From an uncultured Alphaproteobacteria bacterium (GTDB lineage: Bacteria; Pseudomonadota; Alphaproteobacteria; UBA3830; CAYLKK01): DNA of 64,000 bases. Location of the stretch: positions 14,761 to 78,760 of the forward strand of contig CAYPOM010000004.1 in assembly GCA_964412505.1 (NCBI GenBank), given 5' to 3'. The notes under the pieces are model-generated. The model was not told the origin of the DNA and did not search any database. It worked only from the letters and a program-made list of their open reading frames with translations. Position numbers and translations under genes: made by a program. Within the stretch, counting starts at the first letter, position 1. Each line of letters opens with the position of its first letter. Below, in pieces: positions 47,870 through 58,150 of the stretch.

Positions 47870-48941
47870 TTTTATTTTTAGTACGCTCACTTTCCCTGGC
47901 TCAAACTTATTGAAGTATATAACTTTCAGAAGTTGTTGCGCTTTATTTTTGTCTTTTTTTATTTGCGTTGTTATTGCTCCACATATTATAAAATTTTTGA
48001 AGAACGTGCAAACTAATGGTCAGCCAATTAGAGAGTGTGGTCCGAAAACTCATTTTAAGAAAAAAGGGACCCCAACTATGGGGGGTATTATTATTATAAT
48101 TGCTTCAGTGTTGTCTATATTAATTTGTGGAGATTTGTTGAATAAATATGTAATTGCCACTGTCTTAGTCAGTACTGCATTTGGCGCAATAGGTGCTTTA
48201 GACGATTGGACTAAACTAAAATGTAATAGTAGCAATGGGATAACTGCTAGACAAAAATTCTTGCTTCAGATCGTATGCGCTGCTGTATTTTCGATATATA
48301 TAGAGTCAATTAGATCTCCTGGCATAGCTGGGCTTCTTACATTCCCATTTTTTAAAAATTTTGTCTTAACGCTAGGTGCTTTCTTACCTGTATTTTCTAC
48401 ATTCGTAATAGTAGGAGCATCTAATGCTGTGAATTTAACAGATGGATTGGATGGGTTAGCAATAGTTCCTACTATAACATGTGCTACATGTTTTGGTGTT
48501 TTTGCATATTTAATTGGTAACTCTATTTTTTCAAACTACTTAAATTTAATGTATATTCCATCAGTTGGTGAATTATGTGTAGTTTGTAGTGCTCTAATAG
48601 GTGCAGGTTTAGGATTCCTTTGGTTTAATGCTCCGCCTGCTTCAATTTTTATGGGAGATACTGGGTCTTTATCTCTTGGAGCATTGTTAGGGAGTATAAG
48701 CGTGATTGTAAAACAGGAGTTTCTTTTGGCTCTTTGTGGAGGTATTTTCGTTATAGAAGCTATTTCTGTAATTTTGCAAGTATTTTTCTTTAAGAAGAGT
48801 GGGAAAAGAATTTTTTTAATGACTCCTATACATCACCATTTCGAACAGAAAGGGTGGCTTGAAACAAAGGTTGTAGTAAGATTTTGGATAGTGTCGATAT
48901 TGCTTGCTATATTGACTTTAATTACACTAAAAGTTAGATAA
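47859..48941 (+). CDS. mraY: Phospho-N-acetylmuramoyl-pentapeptide transferase
   Basis: KKGTPTMGG, NAVNLTDGLDGLA, FMGDTGSL and PIHHHFE motifs. ATG 47859 is preferred; the track start 47823 lies deep inside murF. Confidence 0.92.
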   Translation: MLYNFIFSTLTFPGSNLLKYITFRSCCALFLSFFICVVIAPHIIKFLKNVQTNGQPIRECGPKTHFKKKGTPTMGGIIIIIASVLSILICGDLLNKYVIATVLVSTAFGAIGALDDWTKLKCNSSNGITARQKFLLQIVCAAVFSIYIESIRSPGIAGLLTFPFFKNFVLTLGAFLPVFSTFVIVGASNAVNLTDGLDGLAIVPTITCATCFGVFAYLIGNSIFSNYLNLMYIPSVGELCVVCSALIGAGLGFLWFNAPPASIFMGDTGSLSLGALLGSISVIVKQEFLLALCGGIFVIEAISVILQVFFFKKSGKRIFLMTPIHHHFEQKGWLETKVVVRFWIVSILLAILTLITLKVR

Positions 48942-48954
48942 GAACGAGAAAGCT

Positions 48955-50295
48955 ATGATTGAGTTAAATTTTTTGAAAGATAAAAAAGTTGGCGTATTGG
49001 GTCTAGGGAAAACTGGCTGTGCTGCTGTTGAATCTTTGAATTTGAGTGGTAGTAAAGTTTTCTGTTTCGATGATAACGCTCCTTCGTCTAGTGATGTGAG
49101 CTATGTGAAAAATTTAGATGCATTAATTGTTAGCCCTGGTATAAAATTTTCATGGCCTAAAATGCACGATATAGTGAAAGAAGCTAGAAATAATTTAGTT
49201 CCAATCTACAGTGATTTAGATCTTTTTTTGATGGCTATAAAAAACAAAGCTAAAACAGACAAAAAAATAATAGCTATTACAGGAACGAATGGGAAATCTA
49301 CTACAACTGCCTTAATTTGGCATATTTTAAAAGAATGTGGATACAAGGTAGATGTCGGAGGAAATTTTGGTGTCCCTGTTCTTAGCATGGATGCTAATGC
49401 AGATATCTATGTAGTAGAGGTTTCATCGTATCAGCTAGATTTATCTTTTAATCCATGCTTTGATATATCAATTTTGTTAAATATTACACCTGACCATTTA
49501 GAAAGGCACGGAGGTATGTTTGGATATGTCGCAGCAAAAGAAAAAGTGTTTTTAGATAGTGGTTTATGTGTTATTTCACAAGATAGCAGTGTTTTACTAG
49601 AAATTACAAAATATCTTGAACAGATCCACAAAAATATTGTAAAAATTTCTCAATATAATTCACATATGGCTGATGTTTTTTGGAACAATAATGAATTGTA
49701 TGATAGAAGAAATAATAAAATTATTTGTGGAGATACACAGGTACTCTCTGGTTCACATAATCAGCAAAATATAGCAGCAGCTTATGCAGCATTGAAACAT
49801 GTAGGTATAAGTGATAAAAAATTCGCAGACTCGCTGCTATCTTTCTGTGGTCTAGAACATAGACAAGAGATATTAAATACAGATTTGACGAATGCTAAAA
49901 TAATAAATGATAGCAAGGCGACAAATGCTGACTCTACAGAACAGGCATTCTTGCGGTTTTTAAATGATGATATTTTATGGATAGCAGGAGGAATTCAGAA
50001 AGAAGGTGGTATTTCATCTTTAAATAAATATTTTCGATATATCAAACAAGCTTTTTTAATTGGAAACGCGGAAGATGAATTCTATGAGATTTTATTGAAA
50101 CATGGTGTCACATGTAGAAAATGTACTACTTTAGATGTAGCTGTTGACGCCGCTATAAATGCATCACAAGATTATAGCAATCCTGTTGTGCTTTTTTCTC
50201 CTGCTTGTGCAAGTTTCGATCAGTTTAAAAATTTTGAAGATCGTGGAGATAGATTTAAAAAGATTATAAAAGAGTATAAAAATGGCGCTAGTTAA
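48955..50295 (+). CDS. murD: UDP-N-acetylmuramoylalanine--D-glutamate ligase
   Basis: GLGKTG, ITGTNGKSTT, DSKATN and PACASFD motifs. Confidence 0.9.
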   Translation: MIELNFLKDKKVGVLGLGKTGCAAVESLNLSGSKVFCFDDNAPSSSDVSYVKNLDALIVSPGIKFSWPKMHDIVKEARNNLVPIYSDLDLFLMAIKNKAKTDKKIIAITGTNGKSTTTALIWHILKECGYKVDVGGNFGVPVLSMDANADIYVVEVSSYQLDLSFNPCFDISILLNITPDHLERHGGMFGYVAAKEKVFLDSGLCVISQDSSVLLEITKYLEQIHKNIVKISQYNSHMADVFWNNNELYDRRNNKIICGDTQVLSGSHNQQNIAAAYAALKHVGISDKKFADSLLSFCGLEHRQEILNTDLTNAKIINDSKATNADSTEQAFLRFLNDDILWIAGGIQKEGGISSLNKYFRYIKQAFLIGNAEDEFYEILLKHGVTCRKCTTLDVAVDAAINASQDYSNPVVLFSPACASFDQFKNFEDRGDRFKKIIKEYKNGAS

Positions 50296-51427
50296 GTTTT
50301 CTAGAACAGAAAGTAGCATACTAGGGAAACTATGGTGGAGCGTTGACAGATGGCTTCTCGGCGCTTTTATATTATTGATATGCGTAGGAATAGTAATGTC
50401 TTTTGCAGCTACTCCGATGGCGGCTGCGAGAATAGGCATCTCTGATAAATTTTTCTTTGTGAAAAGACATCTTTTTTATCTTTTACCGTCTATATTTATA
50501 ATAGTTTCAATAGCATCTTTAAATGAAAAGACAGCAAGAAGATTGTGTTTTCTATTGTTTATGCTATTTATATTTTTTGTCATTATGAGTTTGTTATGTG
50601 GAAATCAAGTTAAAGGCGCAAAGCGATGGATAAGCATTTTAGGGGTTTCTATCCAACCTTCAGAATTTGTGAAACCTACTTTTGCTGTAATTAGTGGGTG
50701 GTTTTTTTATACAAAAACAGCAGATATAAATCAGAATGGCAGTAATATTTCATTCGCTTTGTATTGTCTTGTGATATCTTTACTTGTATTACAACCAGAT
50801 ATAGGAATGTCAATTGTAATTAGTGCTGTTTGGTTTTGCCAGTTATTTCTAAACGGACTACAAATAATCCTTGTGATAGTTTGTCTCGTAGTAGCTGTAT
50901 GTGGTGCAGGCGCTGCGTATTTCTTATTTCCACACGTTGCAATTAGAATCAACAAATTTTTAGCCCCTGTAGATACAGATAATTATCAAGTTTTAAAATC
51001 TTTAGAGTCATTTTCAAATGGATGGTTATTTGGGGTAGGACCTGGAGAAGGTGTGATTAAGCGTCATTTGCCAGATGCCCATACGGATTTCGTATTTTCC
51101 GTTATGGGAGAAGAATTCGGGTTGATTTTTACTCTTTTTGTTGTTTCTCTATATATGTTCATTTTTGTAAGAGCCTCAATTTGTGCATATAGAAAATATG
51201 ATCTCTTCCCATTTTTAGCTTTATCTGGATTAATAGTACAATTTACATTGCAAACATTAATTAACATGCTTTCTTCCTTACACATGATTCCAACGAAGGG
51301 TATGACCCTTCCTTTTATTAGTTACGGTGGATCATCTATGCTTTCTACAAGCATAACAGTTGGACTTATTCTATGTTTTAGTAAGAATGAAATTTCAGAT
51401 TTTGTACATACTACTCAAGATGAATAA
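50282..51427 (+). CDS. ftsW: Peptidoglycan glycosyltransferase FtsW (SEDS family)
   Basis: SIQPSEFVKP, PDAHTDFVFSVMGEEFG and GMTLPFISYGGSS motifs. Confidence 0.9.
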   Translation: MALVKFSRTESSILGKLWWSVDRWLLGAFILLICVGIVMSFAATPMAAARIGISDKFFFVKRHLFYLLPSIFIIVSIASLNEKTARRLCFLLFMLFIFFVIMSLLCGNQVKGAKRWISILGVSIQPSEFVKPTFAVISGWFFYTKTADINQNGSNISFALYCLVISLLVLQPDIGMSIVISAVWFCQLFLNGLQIILVIVCLVVAVCGAGAAYFLFPHVAIRINKFLAPVDTDNYQVLKSLESFSNGWLFGVGPGEGVIKRHLPDAHTDFVFSVMGEEFGLIFTLFVVSLYMFIFVRASICAYRKYDLFPFLALSGLIVQFTLQTLINMLSSLHMIPTKGMTLPFISYGGSSMLSTSITVGLILCFSKNEISDFVHTTQDE

Positions 51428-51441
51428 GTTTAATACAAAAA

Positions 51442-51476
51442 AATAACACGCACATAAATCTTACATGCGTGTTATT
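51442..51476 (-). terminator. Hairpin terminator between the convergent ftsW and ctrA genes
   Basis: Perfect 11-bp stem AATAACACGCA / TGCGTGTTATT with a 13-nt loop. On the minus strand it is followed by TTTTTTT. Confidence 0.6.
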
Positions 51477-51493
51477 AACTGTGAATATAAATT

Positions 51494-52297
51494 TTATCCT
51501 ACATTTGGTTTTGCTGCTGCATCTAGAGTATTTAGAGAATTCCCTCTATTCTCAAAATGAGTTTCAAAAGATTCAAGGTTGTCCCCATTGAAATAAGATA
51601 TATTTCTGTTAGCCTCCACAGGCTGAGGATTTTTTAAACAATAACCACTTCCCCAAACAGTATCTATATAATTTTCTCCATCCATCATATCTGATAATTT
51701 CTTTCTCAACTTGCACACAAAAACATCTATGATTTTTGGTTCTGGCTCGTCAATACCACCGTATAGGTGATTTAAAAACATATCTTTTGTTAAAGTGGCA
51801 CCTCTTCTTAAGCATAATAACTCTAAAATCGCATACTCTTTCCCTGTAAGATGAACAGTTTTCTGATCTACAAGAACTTCTCTAGCTCTTAAATTGACCG
51901 TTAATCTTCCGATTCTGATTACGGATTCAGAGTGCCCTTTTGACCTTCTAACGACAGCCTGAATTCTTGCAACTAACTCTTTCTTTTCAAAAGGCTTAGT
52001 TATGAAATCATCAGCACCGATTTCCAAACATTTTACTTTATCTTTCGACTCAGAGAGACCTGACAATATAATAACTGGTGTTCCTATATCTGCGGCTCTT
52101 AGCCTTTTTATAACTTCAAACCCGTCTATATCAGGTAACAATAAGTCTAATATAATCGCGTCATAATCATATATTTTCCCAATTTCTAGGCCATCTAACC
52201 CCATATCTGAAGTGTCTACACTTATACCTTCGCTTGACAAAACAGATTCAACTATTTTCGATGTTGGGGAATCATCTTCTATTAATAAAACTCGCAT
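51494..52297 (-). CDS. ctrA: Cell-cycle response regulator CtrA (OmpR family)
   Basis: MRVLLIEDD ... [17 protein letters not shown] ... VVRRSKGH ... [13 protein letters not shown] ... [32 protein letters not shown] ... TVWGSGY is near-colinear with Caulobacter CtrA as I recall it. It carries a ~35-aa C-terminal extension. Confidence 0.9.
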   Translation of the reverse strand: MRVLLIEDDSPTSKIVESVLSSEGISVDTSDMGLDGLEIGKIYDYDAIILDLLLPDIDGFEVIKRLRAADIGTPVIILSGLSESKDKVKCLEIGADDFITKPFEKKELVARIQAVVRRSKGHSESVIRIGRLTVNLRAREVLVDQKTVHLTGKEYAILELLCLRRGATLTKDMFLNHLYGGIDEPEPKIIDVFVCKLRKKLSDMMDGENYIDTVWGSGYCLKNPQPVEANRNISYFNGDNLESFETHFENRGNSLNTLDAAAKPNVG

Positions 52298-52578
52298 ACT
52301 GTAAAGGTCTCCAAAACAAATTATCTACAGAAACAAACTTTTTAAACTTCACTGTAGCAACTATAGTTAAAATATATTAATAAAATACTAAAATCAAGTC
52401 TTTTCTATAAAATTTTAACATTAATATGTACGTTTCAATATTCGCTATATGCGTTGTGTTTTAAAAATGCTGATTCCATACATATATAAATTAACTTTGG
52501 TTTTAATAACTTATACATAACCTTGACTATCAGTTCAGTTTTATTTAGAATTAACACAGATTTTTTTGGAGTTTTAGA

Positions 52579-52710
52579 ATGGCTAGACCAACATATAATC
52601 CAAGTAAATTGGTTCGCAAACGTAGGCATGGCTTTAGAGCAAGAACTGCGGCAGGCGGACACGTGTTGAAAGCTAGAAGAGCAAAGGGCAGATATAGACT
52701 TAGCGCTTAA
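52579..52710 (+). CDS. rpmH: 50S ribosomal protein L34
   Basis: Absent from the ORF track (43 aa). [43 protein letters not shown], with GGAG 7 nt upstream and rnpA 3 nt downstream. Confidence 0.92.
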   Translation: MARPTYNPSKLVRKRRHGFRARTAAGGHVLKARRAKGRYRLSA

Positions 52711-52713
52711 GCT

Positions 52714-53067
52714 ATGTTTTCACGTAAGTTTTCTATTAGAGAGAGAGCAGATTTTTTAAGAGCAAAGAATCTAGGAAAATGTATCAAGCTCAGAGATGTC
52801 ATTGTTCTGTACTTTGTACACAATGACGCATCTGAGAGTTGTCGGCTTGGGTATACTGCTACTAAGAAACTTGGCAATGCTGTTTGTCGCAATAGAGTTA
52901 AGCGGCGATTAAAAAATGCTGTCTATTCAGTTTTCAAAGATGATCAAATTTTAGATTCTAGTATAGACATAGTATTTATTGCTAGGTCCACTACGATAAA
53001 TTGCGATTGGAAGAGTTTAATCGAGCAAATATCTCTTGCTATGTTTGAAATAAAAGCAATGCTTTGA
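52714..53067 (+). CDS. rnpA: Ribonuclease P protein component
   Basis: 117 aa with the RNR motif region KKLGNAVCRNRVKRRLKNAV, in the canonical rpmH-rnpA pairing. Confidence 0.88.
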   Translation: MFSRKFSIRERADFLRAKNLGKCIKLRDVIVLYFVHNDASESCRLGYTATKKLGNAVCRNRVKRRLKNAVYSVFKDDQILDSSIDIVFIARSTTINCDWKSLIEQISLAMFEIKAML

Positions 53068-53196
53068 GTAGTGTTTGCAAAATTTAGTAAATTTTCTATG
53101 ACTGGCAAGCGTAATCTCTCTTCGTTGATCTTTTTTAGAATTTTCAGAGTAACTATATTTTTGTTATTGACTTGTTGAGTATTACTGTACTAATTC

Positions 53197-53346
53197 TTAC
53201 TTTGTTTTTTTTTGGATTTCATTATCAATCATTACGAATTTATCAGAAATTCCGTCCCTTAGTTTATTTATTCCTGAAACTGCTGCAATTACTACAAGAG
53301 AAACAATTAAAGCGTATTCTATGATTGTTGCGCCTTTTTCGCTCAT
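53197..53346 (-). CDS. flp: Flp/Fap-family type IVb prepilin
   Basis: Absent from the ORF track (49 aa). Hand translation codon by codon gives MSEKG/ATIIEYALIVSLVVIAAVSGINKLRDGISDKFVMIDNEIQKKTK. G-ATxIEY plus a hydrophobic helix is the Flp motif. Confidence 0.75.
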   Translation of the reverse strand: MSEKGATIIEYALIVSLVVIAAVSGINKLRDGISDKFVMIDNEIQKKTK

Positions 53347-53680
53347 AAATCCAATCCATAAAAATTATTATAATTCTAATAATAAAATATAAATAAATAA
53401 TTAATTTGCAGTCGTTTTTGTACACAGATTAAGATGATGGCTACAAAATGTAGTTTGAGTATCTGCTAAAGATTCTCTTTAGATCCTAATGTAGATAGTT
53501 TTTATTGCTATGGTTAATATTCGAAATTGCTATTAGCAGAGGTTAATTCAGCAAATGTCTATTTCTATGATTTCAATAAGTACAATATTGTAAGTGTTTT
53601 TACATATCAATATTTCAATTTTATAAAATTTGCATTCTGTAAGTTGCCTTTGTTAGAATATTATATATTTGGATGATAAC

Positions 53681-54391
53681 ATGATTTCTGAATCAAAATT
53701 AAATTATTATACTTCGGCCTTTAGAAAACTCGATAATACTGGAGAAAATACATTTAACTTTGCCGCATGTATCTTTGGGCCATTTTGGTTAGCATACAGA
53801 AAGATGTATGTTGAGTCTATGATTTTTTCATCATTGTTGTCAGTTTTATGGTTACCAATGGCTGCCTCTTCATTTCTATATAATGGTAGTTCAGTAGTTG
53901 GAATTATTATTTCTTCGTTATTTATATTAGGTTTAATTTGGACTGTGCTTGGATTCTATGGTAACAGAATTTACAGGTATTTTGTAAGTCGACAAATAGC
54001 AAATGGGTACCATTTAATGCCTGAGTATAGGACAACATCTTTTCTGTCGGCATTGTTTGCTATTATTCAGCCTTTATATTTGCTTGCAGATATATATGAG
54101 AATCTAAAATGGCAAGAAAATTATAAATTTAAAGAAGAAGATAAAGCATATTCAGAAGAGAATATAGCAAAATACTTAAAGAATGACACAGAAAACCATT
54201 TTTACGGAAAACTCGCTATATTGTGCGGAATATTCACAATCGTTTTCTCTGCAATAATGATGTTTGTTGGCCCATTGGCTTTTTTGCACAAAAAAGCCAC
54301 CGTTAAGAATGAATTTACATCTATGGTACAGCAAATTAACAAATCTGGTTTGAACGATAAAAATATAAAGACTATTAAAATAGATGATTAA
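53681..54391 (+). CDS. DUF2628-like membrane protein
   Basis: YYTSAFRKLDNTGENTFNFAACIFGPFWLAYRKMY matches my recollection of the DUF2628 N-terminal pattern. Three to four TM segments. ATG 53681 is preferred over TTG 53669. Confidence 0.6.
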   Translation: MISESKLNYYTSAFRKLDNTGENTFNFAACIFGPFWLAYRKMYVESMIFSSLLSVLWLPMAASSFLYNGSSVVGIIISSLFILGLIWTVLGFYGNRIYRYFVSRQIANGYHLMPEYRTTSFLSALFAIIQPLYLLADIYENLKWQENYKFKEEDKAYSEENIAKYLKNDTENHFYGKLAILCGIFTIVFSAIMMFVGPLAFLHKKATVKNEFTSMVQQINKSGLNDKNIKTIKIDD

Positions 54392-54453
54392 TTTTATAAA
54401 AGTATCTAAAGCTTTAGTCTATAATAAAATTTAGGAAATGAATAAGAGGTTTT

Positions 54454-55320
54454 ATGAGGAGAATGAAATACTGTTTCTTGCTTTTGACATTTTTTATAAG
54501 ATCGTGTGACTTTTATGAAAAAGACAGAAACAGTTATCATGTAGGGCCAGTTGATTTTAGCGCTATTAGATTTTCTGACGAATATCAAGAAATAGTAAAT
54601 AATGCTGATACAAGTACTAGAAGTAAAGTAATTGATATAATTGATGGTGTAGAAAAACTTAATGAATTTGATTTAAAAGATAGTTATGTTAAAGATATAC
54701 CCCTAATTAATCTAATAGACGCGAAAAAAACAGAATCATATGTCGCTCAAACTGACATTGTTTCTGCTACATTATATAATCGTACACCAGCGCTAAATAG
54801 TGTATATGACTGTCAGTATATAGGGCAGTGGAATGGAGTAAATGTAGCGTATAGACGTTATAAGACAGGTGGAAGTGGTGTTTTCTCTGAAATATTCCTT
54901 TACAAAGGTAGATTTACAGTTACAAAAGTAATTTTTAGCGGTGATAGAGCAACGAATGGCATTTTGCCTAATCCTGTATTGTCAGATGATGGAAAGATCT
55001 ACTTTTATGCTAATTTAACTACTGATAAAATTGTTGAAATAATAGAGAAAAACAAAGAACAAATAACATATAGAGGCGGATCTTTGTATGGATTGGCTCA
55101 ATTTAAAAAATTAAAGAACGAGAGCGCAATTTCTTATTGGAATACATGTAAGCTAGTTTATGATATAAAAAAAGATAATCTAGATATTAGAGCAATCAAA
55201 TTTTCTATATCCAAAATAGCTGAAGTAGATAAGTATATGCCTGAAACTCCAATAATATGCATGAATGAATTCGAGTTAAAAACAGAACTATATAATTGGC
55301 TAATTCAAGTAAAAAAATAA
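54454..55320 (+). CDS. Orphan lipoprotein
   Basis: 288 aa. MRRMKYCFLLLTFFIRSC is a signal/lipobox-like N-terminus. I recognise no family. Confidence 0.6.
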   Translation: MRRMKYCFLLLTFFIRSCDFYEKDRNSYHVGPVDFSAIRFSDEYQEIVNNADTSTRSKVIDIIDGVEKLNEFDLKDSYVKDIPLINLIDAKKTESYVAQTDIVSATLYNRTPALNSVYDCQYIGQWNGVNVAYRRYKTGGSGVFSEIFLYKGRFTVTKVIFSGDRATNGILPNPVLSDDGKIYFYANLTTDKIVEIIEKNKEQITYRGGSLYGLAQFKKLKNESAISYWNTCKLVYDIKKDNLDIRAIKFSISKIAEVDKYMPETPIICMNEFELKTELYNWLIQVKK

Positions 55321-55460
55321 TATATAAGCTGTAAGTACATTTACTGCGTTATATGAAAATTTTTATGCACAAACGTAACAATTTGTAATAGTTTAAGTTA
55401 AATTAAGACGAACAGAGATTGTGGCGAATATTCAAGTTATTGTAACACGCCGATAAATAG

Positions 55461-56744
55461 TTAATTTTTTCTACGACTATTTAGCCATTTTATTCTTTTA
55501 GCAATTTCTCGCTCGAATCCTCGCTCAACTGGCTTATAAAAATTTTGCCGTTCGAGGCCATCAGGGAAAAAATTCGTACCAGCATACCCATCTTTCGTAT
55601 CATGATCATAGATATAACCTTCATTATATCCTAAATTTTTCATCATATCAGTTGGAGCATTTAAAATATTTTTTCCTGGCATCAATGTACCAAACGTTTT
55701 TGCGCATTTTCTAGCTTGATTATATGCTACATAAACTGAGTTTGATTTTGGGGCTGTAGCGAGATAAACAATCGCTTGTGCGAGTGCTAATTCTCCTTCC
55801 GGCGAGCCTAAAAACCTATAAGCTTTTTGTGCATCAATTGCTTGGTGCAATGCTTCTGGATCAGCCATTCCAACATCTTCTACAGCAAAGCGAACAAGTC
55901 GTCTTGCTATATAAAGAGGATTTTCTCCACCTTCAAGCATTCTTGCAAACCAATATAAAGCAGCGTCAGCGTCAGAACCTCTAAGGGACTTATGTAATGC
56001 GCTGATTAAATTATAATGTTCATTTCCGGATTTATCATATAAAGTTGAACGTTTTGGAAGTAATTCTAACATTTCATTTGTATCAATCAAGCTTTTTGTA
56101 TTGATTTCAAGTAGCTCTTCCACTCTGTTAACTAAATACCTACCATCTCCATCTGAGATTTCGCATAGTTTCTCTTTTGCTGCTTGTGTAAGTTTAAGCG
56201 ATTTATGAGAAAAAAATTCTGCTCTTTCTAAAATATTCATTAAATCGTTTTTAGTTAGTCTACTAAACTCAACTACTTTACATCTCGACAATAGCGCTGG
56301 TCTTAACTCAAACGATGGATTTTCTGTAGTAGTTCCTATTATTATCAATTTTCCACTTTCTAAATGTGGTAGAAAAATGTCCTGTTGAGATTTATTTAAG
56401 TGATGTATTTCATCTATTATTACCAAGATCTGGCTGTCTTTAAAACTGCTGCGATTATCTAGTATTTCTTTTAATTTTGAATTTCCATACGATACACCAG
56501 AAATCTCTTCATATTGCATGTTGCTATTTTTAGCTATAATTTTCGCGAGAGAAGTTTTGCCACTTCCTGGTGGCCCCCATAGAATCATTGATTGCAAATT
56601 GTTTATGTATATTTTTTTTGCATATGTTTCATAACCCATTAAATCAGATATTTTTTGAGGTCGAATTTTGTCTGCTAATGGTACCTTGTGTAAATTCGAT
56701 TCTGATGATAATAAATCGCTGAATAACGAGGATTGATCTGACAT
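55461..56744 (-). CDS. rarA: Replication-associated recombination protein A (AAA+ ATPase RarA/MgsA)
   Basis: LWGPPGSGKTSLA, VIIDEIHHLNK and GTTTENPSFE motifs, plus the C-terminal MgsA helical domain (LHKSLRGSDADAALYW). Confidence 0.9.
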   Translation of the reverse strand: MSDQSSLFSDLLSSESNLHKVPLADKIRPQKISDLMGYETYAKKIYINNLQSMILWGPPGSGKTSLAKIIAKNSNMQYEEISGVSYGNSKLKEILDNRSSFKDSQILVIIDEIHHLNKSQQDIFLPHLESGKLIIIGTTTENPSFELRPALLSRCKVVEFSRLTKNDLMNILERAEFFSHKSLKLTQAAKEKLCEISDGDGRYLVNRVEELLEINTKSLIDTNEMLELLPKRSTLYDKSGNEHYNLISALHKSLRGSDADAALYWFARMLEGGENPLYIARRLVRFAVEDVGMADPEALHQAIDAQKAYRFLGSPEGELALAQAIVYLATAPKSNSVYVAYNQARKCAKTFGTLMPGKNILNAPTDMMKNLGYNEGYIYDHDTKDGYAGTNFFPDGLERQNFYKPVERGFEREIAKRIKWLNSRRKN

Positions 56745-56748
56745 ATCT

Positions 56749-57783
56749 TTATCCCATTATAGAATCCTTTATAACCCCACCACCTATTACGTATTCATTG
56801 TCATAAAATACGCAATGTTGGCCAGGTGCTACTCCTATGTCTGCTTCATTTAATGTAACAAAATAGTGTCCATCTTTTGTTTTATTAATTACAGCGTTTC
56901 TTTGTGGCTTTGATGATCTTAATTTTGCGCTGCAAGATCCTAAAGTTTCGTCGTTTACCCAAACGACGTCATCTAAAAAAATTGTGTTCTTATAATCTAA
57001 TTCTTTAGATACGATGACTGAATTTGTATCTGCATCTATTTTTTTGACGTAAAACGGCCCACCTGAAAGCCCTAATCCTTTTCTTTGGCCAATAGTATAA
57101 TTTTCTATCCCGTTATGTTTTGCAAGTATTTTACCGTCGAATTCATCAATTATATTCCCTTGTATTGCAGAATTTATAAGTTCTGTATATTTACAATTTT
57201 TTATAAAGCAAATATCCTGGCTATCCTTTTTACAAGACGTTTCTAAGCCTAAACTTTCTGCTATTCGTCTAACTTCTAATTTTGATTGGAATTCTCCTAG
57301 CGGAAATTCTGTATTGCGTAAAATATAATTAGGAATTCTATATAAAAAGTAGCTCTGATCTTTCATTTGATATTTAGCTTTTCTGAGGGACACTAGATCG
57401 TCGCGAGTTTCTAATATCGCATAATGTCCAGTCACTATCTTGCAAAATCCGATATCTTTGCGAATTTTTTCAAGCATAAAAAACTTCACATTCGGATTAC
57501 ACATTACGCACGGGCTTGGCGTTTCGCCATGTTTGTACGAATTTATAAAATAATCTATCACATACTTTTTAAATATATCTTTGCTATCAACAACAATGTG
57601 ATCTATTCCAAGTTTTTTACAAACCTCTGCTGCGTCATTAATAGCAATATCAGCTGATTCAGATTCAAAGAGTTTTAATGTACAACCTATAACTTTCTTA
57701 TATTTTTCTTTGCAAACAGCTGCCGCGACAGAGCTGTCAACTCCGCCTGACATAGCTATTATTGCAGATGATATTCTATTCAT
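56749..57783 (-). CDS. mnmA: tRNA-specific 2-thiouridylase MnmA
   Basis: AMSGGVDSSVAA (PP-loop), TPSPCVMCN, TGHYA and KDQSYFL motifs. Confidence 0.9.
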   Translation of the reverse strand: MNRISSAIIAMSGGVDSSVAAAVCKEKYKKVIGCTLKLFESESADIAINDAAEVCKKLGIDHIVVDSKDIFKKYVIDYFINSYKHGETPSPCVMCNPNVKFFMLEKIRKDIGFCKIVTGHYAILETRDDLVSLRKAKYQMKDQSYFLYRIPNYILRNTEFPLGEFQSKLEVRRIAESLGLETSCKKDSQDICFIKNCKYTELINSAIQGNIIDEFDGKILAKHNGIENYTIGQRKGLGLSGGPFYVKKIDADTNSVIVSKELDYKNTIFLDDVVWVNDETLGSCSAKLRSSKPQRNAVINKTKDGHYFVTLNEADIGVAPGQHCVFYDNEYVIGGGVIKDSIMG

Positions 57784-58033
57784 TAGCGTTTTCGCTAACT
57801 CCTAATCCTAAAGCATGCATATAAGTGCAAAGCAACATGTCTTCGGTTTCTCTATCTTCCGTTTTCATCTGCTTTAGTTTTATAACTTTTTTCATGATTT
57901 TTGTATCGAATCCGTCTCCTTTTGCTTGATGGAAAACTTCATTGATAGCCTCTTGTATCTCCACTTTCTCGACCATTAAATTTTCGATTTTTTCTATATA
58001 TTGTCGTAATTTTTCCGATTCGTGCTTTTGCAT
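57776..58033 (-). CDS. gapR: GapR/DUF2312-family nucleoid-associated protein
   Basis: LRQYIEKIENLMVEKVEIQEAINEVFHQAKGDGFDTKIMKKVIKLKQ resembles Caulobacter GapR (LKSIIDRVERLEVEKAEI ... AKGNGFDVKVLKKVV), recalled from memory. Confidence 0.8.
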   Translation of the reverse strand: MQKHESEKLRQYIEKIENLMVEKVEIQEAINEVFHQAKGDGFDTKIMKKVIKLKQMKTEDRETEDMLLCTYMHALGLGVSENANE

Positions 58034-58150
58034 TTTTTCTCCAAAACTAATACATGAATTGCGTCATGTTAACATTATTCAAACATAGTTGCAACGTAAG
58101 TAATTTGCAAATTGATTGTTCGTAATAGAGGTTATTTGTAGTGCTACAAT

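Noticed and set aside
52298-52578. CtrA boxes in the ctrA / rpmH intergenic region (for example TTAAAATATATTAA near 52367).
   Set aside because: The spacing is TTAA-N6-TTAA, not N7. Such AT-only motifs are expected by chance at this base composition.
52435-52662. 75-aa minus-strand ORF upstream of rnpA.
   Set aside because: It overlaps, in antisense, the clear rpmH gene (52579-52710), which has an SD and a canonical L34 sequence.
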